In this document: positions 22,978 through 33,124 of the stretch, in pieces
Position numbering within the stretch: position 1 is the stretch's first letter
How the letters are laid out: the number at the start of each line of letters is the position of its first letter
Assembly: GCA_963788655.1 (NCBI GenBank)
Contig: CAWBHS010000079.1
Coordinates: 9,411-73,410 of the forward strand
Source: an uncultured Verrucomicrobiae bacterium
Lineage (GTDB): Bacteria > Verrucomicrobiota > Verrucomicrobiia > Limisphaerales > JAFGQR01
Length of the DNA: 64,000 nt
Reading direction: 5' to 3'
Notes under the pieces: generated by a model
Told to the model about the DNA's origin: nothing
The model's input: only the letters and a program-made list of their open reading frames with translations
The model's database searches: none
Translations under genes and position numbers: made by a program

Positions 22978-24795
22978 GTGAATATCCTCGGCATTTCGGC
23001 CTTTTACCACGATAGCGCGGCGTGCCTGATCCGAGACGGAACGATCGTTGCCGCCGCCCAGGAGGAGCGATTTACGCGCAAAAAGCATGATGCATCCTAT
23101 CCGGCGTCCGCGGTTGCGTATTGTTTGCAGGCGGGAGGAATTGCGGCGGTGGATTTGGCTTGCGTAGCGTTTTACGAAAAACCGTTTCGGAAATTTGATC
23201 GCTTGCTCCATTCGTACCTGGCCTATGCGCCGGCGGGCATTCGCTCCTTTTTGAAAGCGATCCCGGTCTGGATCAAGGATAAGATTTGGCTGAAGGAACT
23301 GATCAAACGCGAGTTGGCTTACGACGGCACCATTCTTTTTCCCGAGCACCACGAATCGCACGCCGCTTCCGCGTTCTTTCCCTCGCCGTTTCGGGAAGCG
23401 GCATTCCTGACGGTGGACGGAGTGGGCGAATGGACGACCACGAGCTTCGGAGTCGGACGCGGCAACCAGGTGACGATTCAAGGAGAACTGCACTTCCCGC
23501 ATTCCCTGGGACTGCTTTATTCGGCATTCACGTATTACGCCGGATTCAAGGTCAACTCCGGCGAATACAAATTGATGGGCCTGGCCCCCTATGGCGAGCC
23601 AACATTCAAGGCGCTCATTTTGCAGGAACTGCTCGACCTGAAGGCAGACGGTTCGTTCAAGTTGAATATGCGGTATTTCAACCACGGCGCCGGGCTGACC
23701 ATGATCAATCGCCGTTTCGAAAAACTGTTGGGCGGACCGCCGCGCAAACCGGAAAGTCGTCTGACCCAGCGCGACATGGACCTGGCCCGTTCGATTCAGG
23801 ATGTGACCGAGGAAATCATGCTGCGCATGGCGCGGCACGTGCGACAGCAAACCGGGCTTTCGAAATTGTGTCTGGCCGGCGGGGTGGCGCTCAATTGCGT
23901 GGCCAACGGACGCATTGTGCGCGAAGGCATTTTTGACGAGTTGTGGATTCAGCCCGCCGCCGGTGACGCCGGAGGCGCGCTGGGAGCCGCGTTGATCGCC
24001 TGGCATCACTATTTGCAGCAACCCAGAGAAGCCGACGGAAAACACGACTCGCAACACGGTTCCTTCCTGGGACCCCATTACCGTCCGGATGAAATCCGCC
24101 AATTTCTGGAACGACAGGAAATCCCCTTCACCGAGCTGACGGACGAGGATATTCCGGACCGCATTGCTGACCTGATCGCGGACGAAAAAGTCATCGGCTG
24201 GTTTGTTCATCGCATGGAGTTTGGCCCACGGGCATTGGGGGCACGCAGCATCATTGGCGACGCGCGTTCGCCCAAAATGCAGGAGTTGATGAATCTCAAA
24301 ATCAAGTTCCGCGAAAGCTTCCGTCCTTTTGCGCCGGCGGTCTTGCGGGAACGAGTGGCCGACTATTTCGAACTGGATCGGGAGAGCCCCTACATGCTGC
24401 TCGTCGCGCCGGTGGCAAAATCCCAACGCCGCAAATTAACTGACGATGAACAAAAACGATTCGGTATGGAGAAGCTGTTGACTCTGCGCTCAGACATTCC
24501 GGCGGTTACGCACGTAGATTACTCCGCGCGCGTTCAGACCATCACCGAGGAGCACAATCCACTTTTCTATCGTATGATCAAAGCCTTCGCCGCCAAGCAC
24601 GGCTGCCCGGTCATCATCAACACGTCGTTCAACGTGCGCGGCGAACCGATCGTTTGCACGCCGGAAGACGCTTACCGTTGTTTCATGCGCACGAACATGG
24701 ACTACCTGCTGCTGGGCAATTTTCTACTCGAGAAGCAAGACCAGAAGCCATTGGACAAAGACCTCGCCTGGCTTAAAGAATTCGAACTGGACTGA
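22978..24795 (+). CDS. O-carbamoyltransferase (NodU/CmcH family)
   Basis: ILGISAFYHDSAA, EHHESHAASAF, DGVGE, GEYKLMGLAPYG, EFGPRALG, FRPFAP, NTSFN; GTG start at 22978. Confidence 0.95.
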   Translation: MNILGISAFYHDSAACLIRDGTIVAAAQEERFTRKKHDASYPASAVAYCLQAGGIAAVDLACVAFYEKPFRKFDRLLHSYLAYAPAGIRSFLKAIPVWIKDKIWLKELIKRELAYDGTILFPEHHESHAASAFFPSPFREAAFLTVDGVGEWTTTSFGVGRGNQVTIQGELHFPHSLGLLYSAFTYYAGFKVNSGEYKLMGLAPYGEPTFKALILQELLDLKADGSFKLNMRYFNHGAGLTMINRRFEKLLGGPPRKPESRLTQRDMDLARSIQDVTEEIMLRMARHVRQQTGLSKLCLAGGVALNCVANGRIVREGIFDELWIQPAAGDAGGALGAALIAWHHYLQQPREADGKHDSQHGSFLGPHYRPDEIRQFLERQEIPFTELTDEDIPDRIADLIADEKVIGWFVHRMEFGPRALGARSIIGDARSPKMQELMNLKIKFRESFRPFAPAVLRERVADYFELDRESPYMLLVAPVAKSQRRKLTDDEQKRFGMEKLLTLRSDIPAVTHVDYSARVQTITEEHNPLFYRMIKAFAAKHGCPVIINTSFNVRGEPIVCTPEDAYRCFMRTNMDYLLLGNFLLEKQDQKPLDKDLAWLKEFELD

Positions 24796-24830
24796 CTGGT
24801 ATTGTTTACTTCGGCGACAACTCTAACACT

Positions 24831-25250
24831 ATGATTTGTGAAGCCATCAAACGACTGAAGACCGACTCCCGGACGCTGCGGAAATTCGGGGTGGCTGTCG
24901 GTACCGTGTTGTTGCTGCTGGGCGGCTTGTTTCTGTGGCGGCACCAGCCGGTTGCTCCTTTGGTTCTCGGTGCCGGCGGATTGCTGTTCGTCTTGGGCGT
25001 GGCAGCACCACGGTGCCTGAAGCACATTTATCTCGTTTGGATGAGCCTGGGCTTATTGATCGGGACGGTGGTTTCCACGTTGCTCCTGGTGGTGTTTTTC
25101 TACCTGGTGGTGACGCCCGTCGGGTTGCTGGCTCGTTGTCTGGGCAAGGATCTTCTTCAGCAAAAGCTCTACCCGGAGTTGGCCAGTTACTGGCAAAATC
25201 GTGATCCGGCCAAAGCCCGCCCCCCACAGGACTACGAGCGGCAGTTTTGA
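24831..25250 (+). CDS. SxtJ-family membrane protein
   Basis: LRKFG...WM.LG..IG...FYLVVTPVG...GKD...SYW...YERQF; directly after the carbamoyltransferase. Confidence 0.85.
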   Translation: MICEAIKRLKTDSRTLRKFGVAVGTVLLLLGGLFLWRHQPVAPLVLGAGGLLFVLGVAAPRCLKHIYLVWMSLGLLIGTVVSTLLLVVFFYLVVTPVGLLARCLGKDLLQQKLYPELASYWQNRDPAKARPPQDYERQF

Positions 25251-25334
25251 ACCGAGCCTGGGTTAAGGGGAATGACGTCTCAACACGCGAGCATGTCTTG
25301 AAATTGCAACTATTCCTCAAGCCAGCAGGTCAAA

Positions 25335-26372
25335 CTACCCCGCCGGAACCAATGGTTTGGGCTGCTCGGCCAGCCACTTCACCACCGGTGGCACCAAGTC
25401 GTAGAAAAAGAACGGCAGTGGCTCGTGCGTTGCGTTAGGCACGACCAGCATCTGGCTGTCGGGTGCCGACAGACTATACAGCTCCACCACGTCGTCCAGG
25501 GGAACAATCTGGTCTTTTTCGCCGGCGATAAACAGCGCCAGCACCGGACCACGTTCCATCCAAGTGGTGGGGTTGAGATTTGCCGGTTGGGTGTTCAGCA
25601 AGCACGGTAATTTCTTGAGGCCCGCGGTGATGAGGAATTTGGGAATCCACGCGGCGTATTGGTGTCGGATGCTCAGGACCGCTGTGTCCAGGTTGGCGTA
25701 CGGAGCAATGGCCACGGCAGCGTGGACGCGCGGTTCGACTTCGGTCCACTGCAGGGCCAGCGCGGCGCCGTAGGAGTGACCAAACGCAATTACCGGTCCG
25801 GCCAGTTGGCCCTGGTGTTCCAGGGCATCAAGCAGTTGACTCAAATCGTAAGTTTCGCGGAGCCCGAAGAAGATGCGGTTGCCGGTGGACCGACCATGTC
25901 CGCGCAAATCCAGCAAGACGCAACGCCAGCCTTCCTCGGCCAGCCGCAGTGCCCAGGGCGCCATGGAAAATTGGCTCAAGCCGTAGCCGTGCAGCAACAC
26001 GATGGTGCCCCGCGGCAGCTTGGCAGGAATGATCGGGATTGGCGGCACCTTGGCCCGGAACCGGAATTCGAAGCGGGTCCGCCCGTCTTCCATCCAGTTG
26101 GTCGAGGTCGCCTCGACGTGGTAATCTGCCGGCTCGACAATCCGATAGGCCAGCCGCGCCGACGGTGGGCCAACATCCACAAAGTGTGTGGGGAAATTGG
26201 TCAGGAAATTGGCGCCTACGTCGAGAATGACCGGCGCTTTGGGGGCGACCCATTGGGGAAAGGTATTGGGAGCTTGGACCAAGCGATGGGCAATGTAGGT
26301 TCCGCAGCCAGTGCCGGTCACGCCCAACCCCGTTGTCAGCAGAATCAACCATTGGAACTGTCGTCGCTGCAT
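25335..26372 (-). CDS. Alpha/beta hydrolase, probable lipoprotein
   Basis: TGC lipobox-like, LLHG, DLRGHG, GHSYG, GEKD, H. Confidence 0.88.
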   Translation of the reverse strand: MQRRQFQWLILLTTGLGVTGTGCGTYIAHRLVQAPNTFPQWVAPKAPVILDVGANFLTNFPTHFVDVGPPSARLAYRIVEPADYHVEATSTNWMEDGRTRFEFRFRAKVPPIPIIPAKLPRGTIVLLHGYGLSQFSMAPWALRLAEEGWRCVLLDLRGHGRSTGNRIFFGLRETYDLSQLLDALEHQGQLAGPVIAFGHSYGAALALQWTEVEPRVHAAVAIAPYANLDTAVLSIRHQYAAWIPKFLITAGLKKLPCLLNTQPANLNPTTWMERGPVLALFIAGEKDQIVPLDDVVELYSLSAPDSQMLVVPNATHEPLPFFFYDLVPPVVKWLAEQPKPLVPAG

Positions 26373-26633
26373 CCAGTGTATTTAGCGGAGGGTCGATCCT
26401 CTGACCAGTCGCAGTTCAGCAAAACCTTCAGCGCAGTGACAATGATGATTCTCCACGCAACGTGGGATCAAAGAATCAGGCCGGGGCGTCCTGTCTTCCA
26501 AGCCACCAAGAACAATCACTCTTCACGTAACGCTCGATGACCAAAGGACGACGAATGACAACCGGAATGGCTTTTCTACGGGGCGTGGTGACGGGAGTGA
26601 ACCCAACCGCGCGCTTGGGCTCAATTTGTCCGT

Positions 26634-27797
26634 TCAGGCGCCGGCACCCGCCATAAATTCAGTAAGCACCAGATGATGGGTTTCGCGCCAATCCCGAATT
26701 GCTTCCTGAAACCGGTCTTTCGCTTGGCGCAACTCTTGTTGCAATTCCAGCAACTTTTCCTTGGAGGCTTCCAGTTGCTTTTGCGCCGCCCGGCGATACT
26801 CCTGCTCGCGCTGTTCCCAATGCCCAAAAGCCTCCTGGAGCCGGGCTTGAGCGGCCTGCAAACGGGAGTTGATGGAGTCCGTCAAGGGGGTGCGTCGGAC
26901 CTTCAAGTTGGCTGCCAGCCGCCGTTGTTGTTCAGCGATTTCCGCGAGCAAAATCCGTTCGGCCGGCACCCGGCGGAGTTGCCGGACCAAGCCAACCCGC
27001 CCCAACAACCAGATGGTCCATTTGGTGGGATCAAATTGCCAGGGTTTCACACCGTTCCGATAATCGTGCTGAAAGGCGTGATGAAAATTATGATAGCCTT
27101 CGCCAAAGGTGAACAGTGCCATAATCGCGCTATCGCGGGCGGTGCATTCGCTGGAATAAGGCTGCCGGCCAATGGTGTGGCAAAGCGAATTGATGAAGAA
27201 GGTGAAGTGCTGGACCAGCACCATCCGCGCGACTCCTGCAATCAGGAAACTGCCCAACGCCGCCAGGGGACCACCCCACAACCAACCCGCCACGGCGGGC
27301 AAAGCGAAACCGGTCAAAAGCGCAATCGCCAGGTAATGTCGGTGCTGCCATTGGACCCACCGGTCTTGCTGGAGATCTTTGACGTAATCCAGGGAAACTT
27401 GAGGCTGCAATTTGAACAGAATCCAGCCAATGTGCGCATGGAAGAAGCCTTTCGAGATGTCGTAGGGATCGTCTTCCTGATCGACGAATTTGTGGTGCCG
27501 TCGGTGATCGGCCGCCCAATACAAAACTGAGTTCTCAAATGCGGCGGCGCCAAACAACAGCGTAAACAACCGCGCCGGCCAGGCGGCCTGAAAAGAACGG
27601 TGCGAGAACAACCGGTGATATCCCAGCGTAATGCTCAAACCCGTGGCCACAAAAAACAGCCCAAACAGCGACACTTGGAACCAGTCGAGTCCCGCGTGCC
27701 AGATATAAAGGGGTACTGCCGTTAGAAACAGCAAAAGGGTTCCCATCAGGAACAGGCTGTTGGGCCAATGCACGGATTTCCAAGGGATACGGATCAT
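26634..27797 (-). CDS. Delta-9-type fatty acid desaturase with C-terminal coiled coil
   Basis: His boxes HRLFSH, HRRHH, HNFHH. Confidence 0.93.
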   Translation of the reverse strand: MIRIPWKSVHWPNSLFLMGTLLLFLTAVPLYIWHAGLDWFQVSLFGLFFVATGLSITLGYHRLFSHRSFQAAWPARLFTLLFGAAAFENSVLYWAADHRRHHKFVDQEDDPYDISKGFFHAHIGWILFKLQPQVSLDYVKDLQQDRWVQWQHRHYLAIALLTGFALPAVAGWLWGGPLAALGSFLIAGVARMVLVQHFTFFINSLCHTIGRQPYSSECTARDSAIMALFTFGEGYHNFHHAFQHDYRNGVKPWQFDPTKWTIWLLGRVGLVRQLRRVPAERILLAEIAEQQRRLAANLKVRRTPLTDSINSRLQAAQARLQEAFGHWEQREQEYRRAAQKQLEASKEKLLELQQELRQAKDRFQEAIRDWRETHHLVLTEFMAGAGA

Positions 27798-27829
27798 GGG
27801 ATATTCGACCGAATGTTGAAGAGGAAGTG

Positions 27830-27862
27830 AAGTTGGAGCCGGGTTGCCCCGGGCTCCAACTT
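27830..27862 (-). terminator. Probable intrinsic terminator after the RRM gene
   Basis: Perfect 11-bp stem aagttggagcc/ggctccaactt, 22 nt after the RRM stop. Confidence 0.55.
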
Positions 27863-27884
27863 GAAATCTACAATCGCCGCAGAA

Positions 27885-28190
27885 TTAATAGCGATCCGGG
27901 CGACCTCGGTTCCGGGAACCGCCGGAGAAGGCGGGACGTTCTTCCCGCGGTCGCGCGATATTAACCGTCAATGCACGGCCTTCCCACTCCTTGCCGTTCA
28001 GCGCTTCCGTCGCGGCGCTGGCTCCTTCTTCGGTCGCCATATTAACAAACGCAAAGCCTCGCGGCCGGCCGGTGGCCCGGTCGAGCATCAGGTTGACTTC
28101 CGTAACCGGCCCGTGCTGGGCAAAAAGATCCTGAAGATCGTTTTCGGTGACGCTGTAGGAAAGGTTCCCTACATATAACTTCGTATTCAT
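27885..28190 (-). CDS. RNA recognition motif (RRM) protein
   Basis: RNP2 LYVGNL, RNP1 RGFAFVNM, Gly/Arg tail. Confidence 0.95.
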   Translation of the reverse strand: MNTKLYVGNLSYSVTENDLQDLFAQHGPVTEVNLMLDRATGRPRGFAFVNMATEEGASAATEALNGKEWEGRALTVNIARPREERPAFSGGSRNRGRPDRY

Positions 28191-28445
28191 GTGATGTATG
28201 TATCCGACTCACTATCCTTCTTCGACTGTTCCCGACCATCGGGTTTCAAATCATCACTGAACACTACGCTCACCTGATGATCCTCCATGCCGTGAATGGA
28301 GAAGTGATCCAAATCGGGCGCAACATGCACTTATTTTCGGGGAAAGCAATCTTTATTTTTTCGGTCATTAGCGCCCCCATGGCCGGCTTCACTTTCCCCG
28401 ATTCGAGGCTTGGCAGCACGCCCAATTTGTCGGTAAGTTGCCGGG

Positions 28446-28988
28446 GTGATCGCATTCCTGCGCTTCATTAGCATTTACAACGCTGCGGTGTGGTTCGGGT
28501 CCGCGCTGTTCCTGACCATCGCGGTTATGCCGGCGATTTTTTCTGTGGAGATGAAGCGCCTTTTCGGCCAGGCCTACATCGGCCTGGTGGCCCAATCGGT
28601 CATGGCGGCCTATTTTGTCCTCCACTATTGGTGCGGCGGCATCGCGATTTTACACCAACTGGCAGAGTGGGTATATCTGGGCAAACGCCTGCACCGGTTC
28701 ACCTTTGGCCTGCTACTCACCCTGTTTTGCCTTGGGTTGCTCGGCGGTTTGTGGATCCAACCCAAACTGAAAGACTGGTATCGGATTAAATACAGCACCG
28801 AGCTGTATCACCAGGAACTCTATCCCGCGGAAGTAAAGGACCACGCGGCCCGGCTGTTCCGCGTTTGGCACGGCGTGTCCCAGGGATTCAACCTCATCAT
28901 CCTGGCGGGATTAGGGTATTATTTGTGGCGGATGACAGTGGTATCGGATGCCCCGCGCTTCGTGCCGGCAACCAAATTCCGAAGTTGA
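28446..28988 (+). CDS. DUF4149/TMEM205-like membrane protein
   Basis: Four hydrophobic segments, AVWFG...P.IF, F..WHG.S. Confidence 0.7.
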   Translation: MIAFLRFISIYNAAVWFGSALFLTIAVMPAIFSVEMKRLFGQAYIGLVAQSVMAAYFVLHYWCGGIAILHQLAEWVYLGKRLHRFTFGLLLTLFCLGLLGGLWIQPKLKDWYRIKYSTELYHQELYPAEVKDHAARLFRVWHGVSQGFNLIILAGLGYYLWRMTVVSDAPRFVPATKFRS

Positions 28989-29061
28989 CTTTCCTCGTCA
29001 GTAGTTAAATGTGTTGCAGTTGTGTGGACTGAAACCGTTTAAAGGCGGAAAGGGTAACATT

Positions 29062-29352
29062 ATGATCTCAAACGAGCAATCCGCTGGTACCGGCGGCGCC
29101 CCTGGGGGTCGTTCCGGAATCAGACAAGGAAGCGCCGAAGAAACCATCAAAACCGACCGGATTCAGATTGAACGCAAGGCCTTTGTATTCGCCCTCAAAG
29201 AAAATCCCCGGGGCCGGTTCCTGCGCGTCACCGAAGACATCAATGGCCGCCGGGACTCGATCATCATTCCGGCGCCGGGCCTGGAGGAATTCCGGCGCAT
29301 GCTCGACGAAATGATTCAGGCCTCCGCCGCGGTTCCTGCCAAAAGTGAATAA
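29062..29352 (+). CDS. PUR-family (PurA-like) ssDNA/RNA-binding protein
   Basis: IERKAFVFALKENPRGRFLRVTE...RDSIIIP single PUR repeat. Confidence 0.85.
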   Translation: MISNEQSAGTGGAPGGRSGIRQGSAEETIKTDRIQIERKAFVFALKENPRGRFLRVTEDINGRRDSIIIPAPGLEEFRRMLDEMIQASAAVPAKSE

Positions 29353-29524
29353 TGGTGCCGCGCACGGACTACACTGAAGTGGTCCGCCAATAACCAAAGA
29401 GGAGGAAACGGGAGCCGGTTCCACTGGGAACCAATTTAGGAGCATTCCGAGGTGCCCGCGATGACTTGACCCCACCAGGAGAATTTGATTTCCCCACCCA
29501 CTCCGATTTGGTTAATTGGAAGCC

Positions 29525-30445
29525 ATGAACCGCACCTACAATCGTCGCAACTTCCTCAAGTCCTGCTCGCTTTCACTCGCGGCCCTGGGAACCCTCGGTC
29601 CGTCCGCCCGCGCCGTCGAGCCCTTTCAACGCCCGGGACCCGCCCGCCTGCAACTCAGTCTGGCTGCTTACTCCTTTCGCCAGTTCTTCCGACCACCAGC
29701 CCCTGATCGCAAGTCGCTCGACCTGTTCCAGTTTATCGATTTCTGTGCCGAACATGGCTGCGACGGCACCGAGTTGACCAGCTACTACTTTCCCAAGGAG
29801 GTTACGCCCGCGTTCCTCATCCAACTCCGCCGGCACGCCTTCCTGCGCGGGATTGCGATTAGCGGCACTGCGGTGGGCAACACCTTTACCCAGCCGGCAG
29901 AAGCAGCCCGCGCCAAGCAGATTGCCATGGTCAAACAATGGGTGGACCACGCCGCCGTAATGGGCGCCCCACATATCCGCATCTTCGCCGGCACCACCTC
30001 CGCTGGCGTCTCCAAAGACGAAGCCAAGAAATTGTGCATCGCGGCCATCGAGGAATGCGGCGATTACGCCGGCCAGAAGGGTATCTTCCTCGGCATCGAA
30101 AACCATGGCGGTATCGTCGCCGAAGCAAAAGACCTGCTGGACATTGTTCAAGCGGTCAAGAGCTCCTGGGTGGGCGTCAACCTAGACACGGGCAATTTTC
30201 ACTCGGAAGATCCTTACCAGGAACTGGCCGCCTGCGCGCCTTATGCCGTGAATGTCCAGGTAAAGGTCGAAGTCAAACGCCGCGGCCAATCCCGGGCCGA
30301 ACCTTCGGATCTGCATCGATTGGCAAAAATCCTTCGGGACGCCAATTACCAGGGTTACGTGGCGCTCGAATACGAAGCCGCGCCCGATCCCTGGACTGCC
30401 GTGCCGGAATGGCTAAGCAAAATGAAGGCGGCCTTGGCGGCTTAG
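29525..30445 (+). CDS. Tat-exported sugar-phosphate isomerase/epimerase (TIM barrel)
   Basis: NRRNFLK Tat motif; ENHGG, NLDTGNF, LEYE. Confidence 0.9.
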   Translation: MNRTYNRRNFLKSCSLSLAALGTLGPSARAVEPFQRPGPARLQLSLAAYSFRQFFRPPAPDRKSLDLFQFIDFCAEHGCDGTELTSYYFPKEVTPAFLIQLRRHAFLRGIAISGTAVGNTFTQPAEAARAKQIAMVKQWVDHAAVMGAPHIRIFAGTTSAGVSKDEAKKLCIAAIEECGDYAGQKGIFLGIENHGGIVAEAKDLLDIVQAVKSSWVGVNLDTGNFHSEDPYQELAACAPYAVNVQVKVEVKRRGQSRAEPSDLHRLAKILRDANYQGYVALEYEAAPDPWTAVPEWLSKMKAALAA

Positions 30446-30457
30446 CCTGGGCTGGGC

Positions 30458-31078
30458 ATGAGCGTCACCGCCGAAACGCAACTGCTCGCCCGCTGCCGGC
30501 AAGGCGAGGCGGACGCGTGGAACGAGTTGTTTGATCGTCACTATGCTGCGGCAGGACGTTTCATCTTCCAATTGGGACACCAATTCAGCCGGGAGGACGT
30601 TGAAGAAATTTGTCAGGAAGTATTCCTGACCGTGATCCGGAACCTGGATACGTTTAAAGGCCATTGCCAATTTCAAACTTGGCTGTTTCGGATCGCCGCG
30701 AACAAGGCCCGCGATTACCGCCAACGCCTCAATGCCGTCAAGCGCGGCGGCGGCCAGCTTACCGTGTCGATGCAAGCGGAAGACGCCGAGACGGGTTTGG
30801 CGATGGATCCACCCAGCGGATCGCCGGGACCGGATGCTTCGCTGATGCACACCGAGAACTGGGCCCTCGTCGGGCAGGCATTGGAAATCCTGGGCGACCC
30901 CTGCCAGGAAATCATTTCCATGAGGTATTTCGCGGACCTGAGCTACGAGGAAATCGCCCACAGCCTGTCGCTCAATCCGAAAACGGTCAGCTCGCGCCTG
31001 AGCAAATGCCTCGACAAACTGGAAGCTGTCGCCCGCAGGCTGCTCGGGCGGGAGAAAACCTCACCGACTTCCGTCTAA
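30458..31078 (+). CDS. ECF sigma-70 factor
   Basis: EDVEEICQEVF, FQTWLFRIA-N, LSYEEIA...TVSSRL. Confidence 0.92.
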   Translation: MSVTAETQLLARCRQGEADAWNELFDRHYAAAGRFIFQLGHQFSREDVEEICQEVFLTVIRNLDTFKGHCQFQTWLFRIAANKARDYRQRLNAVKRGGGQLTVSMQAEDAETGLAMDPPSGSPGPDASLMHTENWALVGQALEILGDPCQEIISMRYFADLSYEEIAHSLSLNPKTVSSRLSKCLDKLEAVARRLLGREKTSPTSV

Positions 31079-31088
31079 TCAAACAAGT

Positions 31089-32630
31089 ATGCCGTCGGAC
31101 CCGCATCAACGAATCGAAGAATGGTTGCGCGCCTATGCCGAGCAACGGCGAGAGCAGGCGGGAGCCCCCTTCGAACTGCACCCGGCCACCCGGCGCATGC
31201 TACAAGGCGAAGCGGCGCGCGTGCGCGTGCGGCAGGCGCAAACGAAACGCCGCCGGTTTTGGAGCGGTCCGCTGTTTTGGCCGCGACTCAGCCTGGCCTT
31301 CTCGGCGGCGGTGCTGGCCAGTGTTCTGGCCTGGATTTGGATTGAATCCAATCGACAGCACCGGGGGCTGGAGCAACTGGCGTATCAAGGGCAACTCGCA
31401 AAACAAATGGCGGAAACAACCCCTCGGACAACACCGCCACAACCTGCTGAACCCGCCAAACTGCCCGCCAGGGCACCTGCCTCGTCCGCCACTCCGAAGT
31501 CGGAACCAGCCGGCAATGCCATCACTGCCACAACGCCCTTGATTGTCCGAAAATCGGATGAACTTGCTCCCTCACGTCGTAGTCGAGCGGGTGGCCCGGA
31601 GATGGCGTTGGCCACCACCAGTAACCTTGCCACCAAAGCTGCCGACGTGAAACTGGCCCTGCGGCAAACGACACCTCCAGAACCTGCCGTAGGCGACAAA
31701 TTGGCAAGTAACTTGCCTGCTCCAGCAGCGTCCAGTCCGGCTTCCGCCTCCGTCACATCGGATATGTTTGCATCGAGTCATCGCGCGGCCAATGTTGCCA
31801 AAACTGGCTACGGCGGCAGATCAATCGGAGAGCATCCGGCCCAGGTTGCAACCAAGGGCCGGCCGCCTGCCGAAGATCTGATTCGCTTGCACGAAGAGGC
31901 CCAACGTTCATTGTTCGAGGAGCAGAAGGCGGCGGCCGGGGCAGCGCTTGAGCCCTCTTTAGCAGCGCGGTTCTACTATCAACGTCTCGGCGAAACCGAC
32001 GCGCTGGTTTCGCGAGATCGGGCGAACAGCAAACCAGGGCTGCTTTCCGCATTCGAACTCGAGCAAACCAACGGGCAGTTGCGCCTCCTGGACGCAGACG
32101 GATCGGTTTACGTAGGATCGTTAATTACCGGATCACTGCCCGCACTTGACTCCAGCCAGTTGTTGCGATTCAGAGCGGGCGCCGTAACCAACACAGCGAC
32201 CGACCAAGCCGAAGCGTTCACCCCGCCAACCGCCCGCGATCAGCCAGCCACCGGCGCAGAGGTGCCGATCAACTTCCGGGTTGCTGGCACCAATCACAGT
32301 CTGAACCAGTTTGTCGTCATCAATGGCTCGTTAAGCACACTGCTGCCAGCGGAGGGTTTCACCACCACCACCGTGGATTCGCTGGCTGCCACCAAACCCG
32401 CTTCCGCCAAGACCAGCGGCGTGCCGGTGGTTACCGCGGCCCCCTTGCTCTTGAAATCGGCTACTCGTCCAGCGCCAGCAACAACCGCCCCCTCCCCCGA
32501 AGTCGGCGGGCGGAACTGGCGCCAGGAATTGGCCTCGCAAAGCACAGTATTGCCCGACCATTTCCGCGCCACCGCCATCGTTGGCGGCACGAACCAAATC
32601 CGGATCGAAGCCATTCGCGTACGAAGGTAA
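31089..32630 (+). CDS. Putative anti-sigma factor (single TM, Pro/Ala-rich linker, C-terminal beta domain)
   Basis: 10 bp after the ECF gene; short N-terminal helical domain followed by a TM segment. Confidence 0.55.
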   Translation: MPSDPHQRIEEWLRAYAEQRREQAGAPFELHPATRRMLQGEAARVRVRQAQTKRRRFWSGPLFWPRLSLAFSAAVLASVLAWIWIESNRQHRGLEQLAYQGQLAKQMAETTPRTTPPQPAEPAKLPARAPASSATPKSEPAGNAITATTPLIVRKSDELAPSRRSRAGGPEMALATTSNLATKAADVKLALRQTTPPEPAVGDKLASNLPAPAASSPASASVTSDMFASSHRAANVAKTGYGGRSIGEHPAQVATKGRPPAEDLIRLHEEAQRSLFEEQKAAAGAALEPSLAARFYYQRLGETDALVSRDRANSKPGLLSAFELEQTNGQLRLLDADGSVYVGSLITGSLPALDSSQLLRFRAGAVTNTATDQAEAFTPPTARDQPATGAEVPINFRVAGTNHSLNQFVVINGSLSTLLPAEGFTTTTVDSLAATKPASAKTSGVPVVTAAPLLLKSATRPAPATTAPSPEVGGRNWRQELASQSTVLPDHFRATAIVGGTNQIRIEAIRVRR

Positions 32631-32699
32631 CTGCAATCCAAATGGCAAATCGAGGGGCTTTGGCGAAAGTGGGGTTCTTGGCGAGCGTTGCCAGTCGTT

Positions 32700-33121
32700 C
32701 GCACGCCCATGAATAACGAAGGACGGCTGATAGACAAAGCAATACCACGAGTAAGTCACCACCGAACCGTCCACGAGCCTGGTGGTGAACGGCCCCAGTT
32801 TCGGACCGGGCCGTGCCCAGGCGCCGGTGGTCGGCGAGGTGTAGGGTTTGCCCGGCGCGGCGAGCTTGCATTCCTGGGTGAGTGACTCCGTTTCCGTCGG
32901 CACATCGGCTGCGGCCCCGGCAACGCGCTCCTCGCCAACTTGCCGATAGTATGGTACTGCGGGAAAGCTCCCTTGGAGCTGAGGTCATTGGTGAACCACT
33001 GCAATCCCCACACGTTTCCCTCGAAAATCCGGGTGGCGATCACGCCTTCCGTTCCGGTGATCTTCTTGCCGGCCTGATCGTAGCGCGTCGTGCGCGTGTT
33101 GAATTTTTCCCATGGGTTGGC
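32700..33121 (-). pseudogene. Internal fragment of a hypothetical gene
   Basis: ...FEGNVWGLQW...FPQY, frameshift, YRQVG...WARPGP..GPF...L.DGSVVTYSWY; no start codon; ends abruptly. Confidence 0.45.
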
Positions 33122-33124
33122 GCC

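Noticed and set aside
22867..24426. Long antisense ORF (519 aa) and similar shadow ORFs such as 8976-10067 and 53590-54783
   Set aside because: They lie opposite well-supported genes in GC-rich DNA and show no recognisable motifs.
22978..25250. Saxitoxin biosynthesis cluster
   Set aside because: Only sxtI/J-like homologs are present; no sxtA, sxtG or other core genes.
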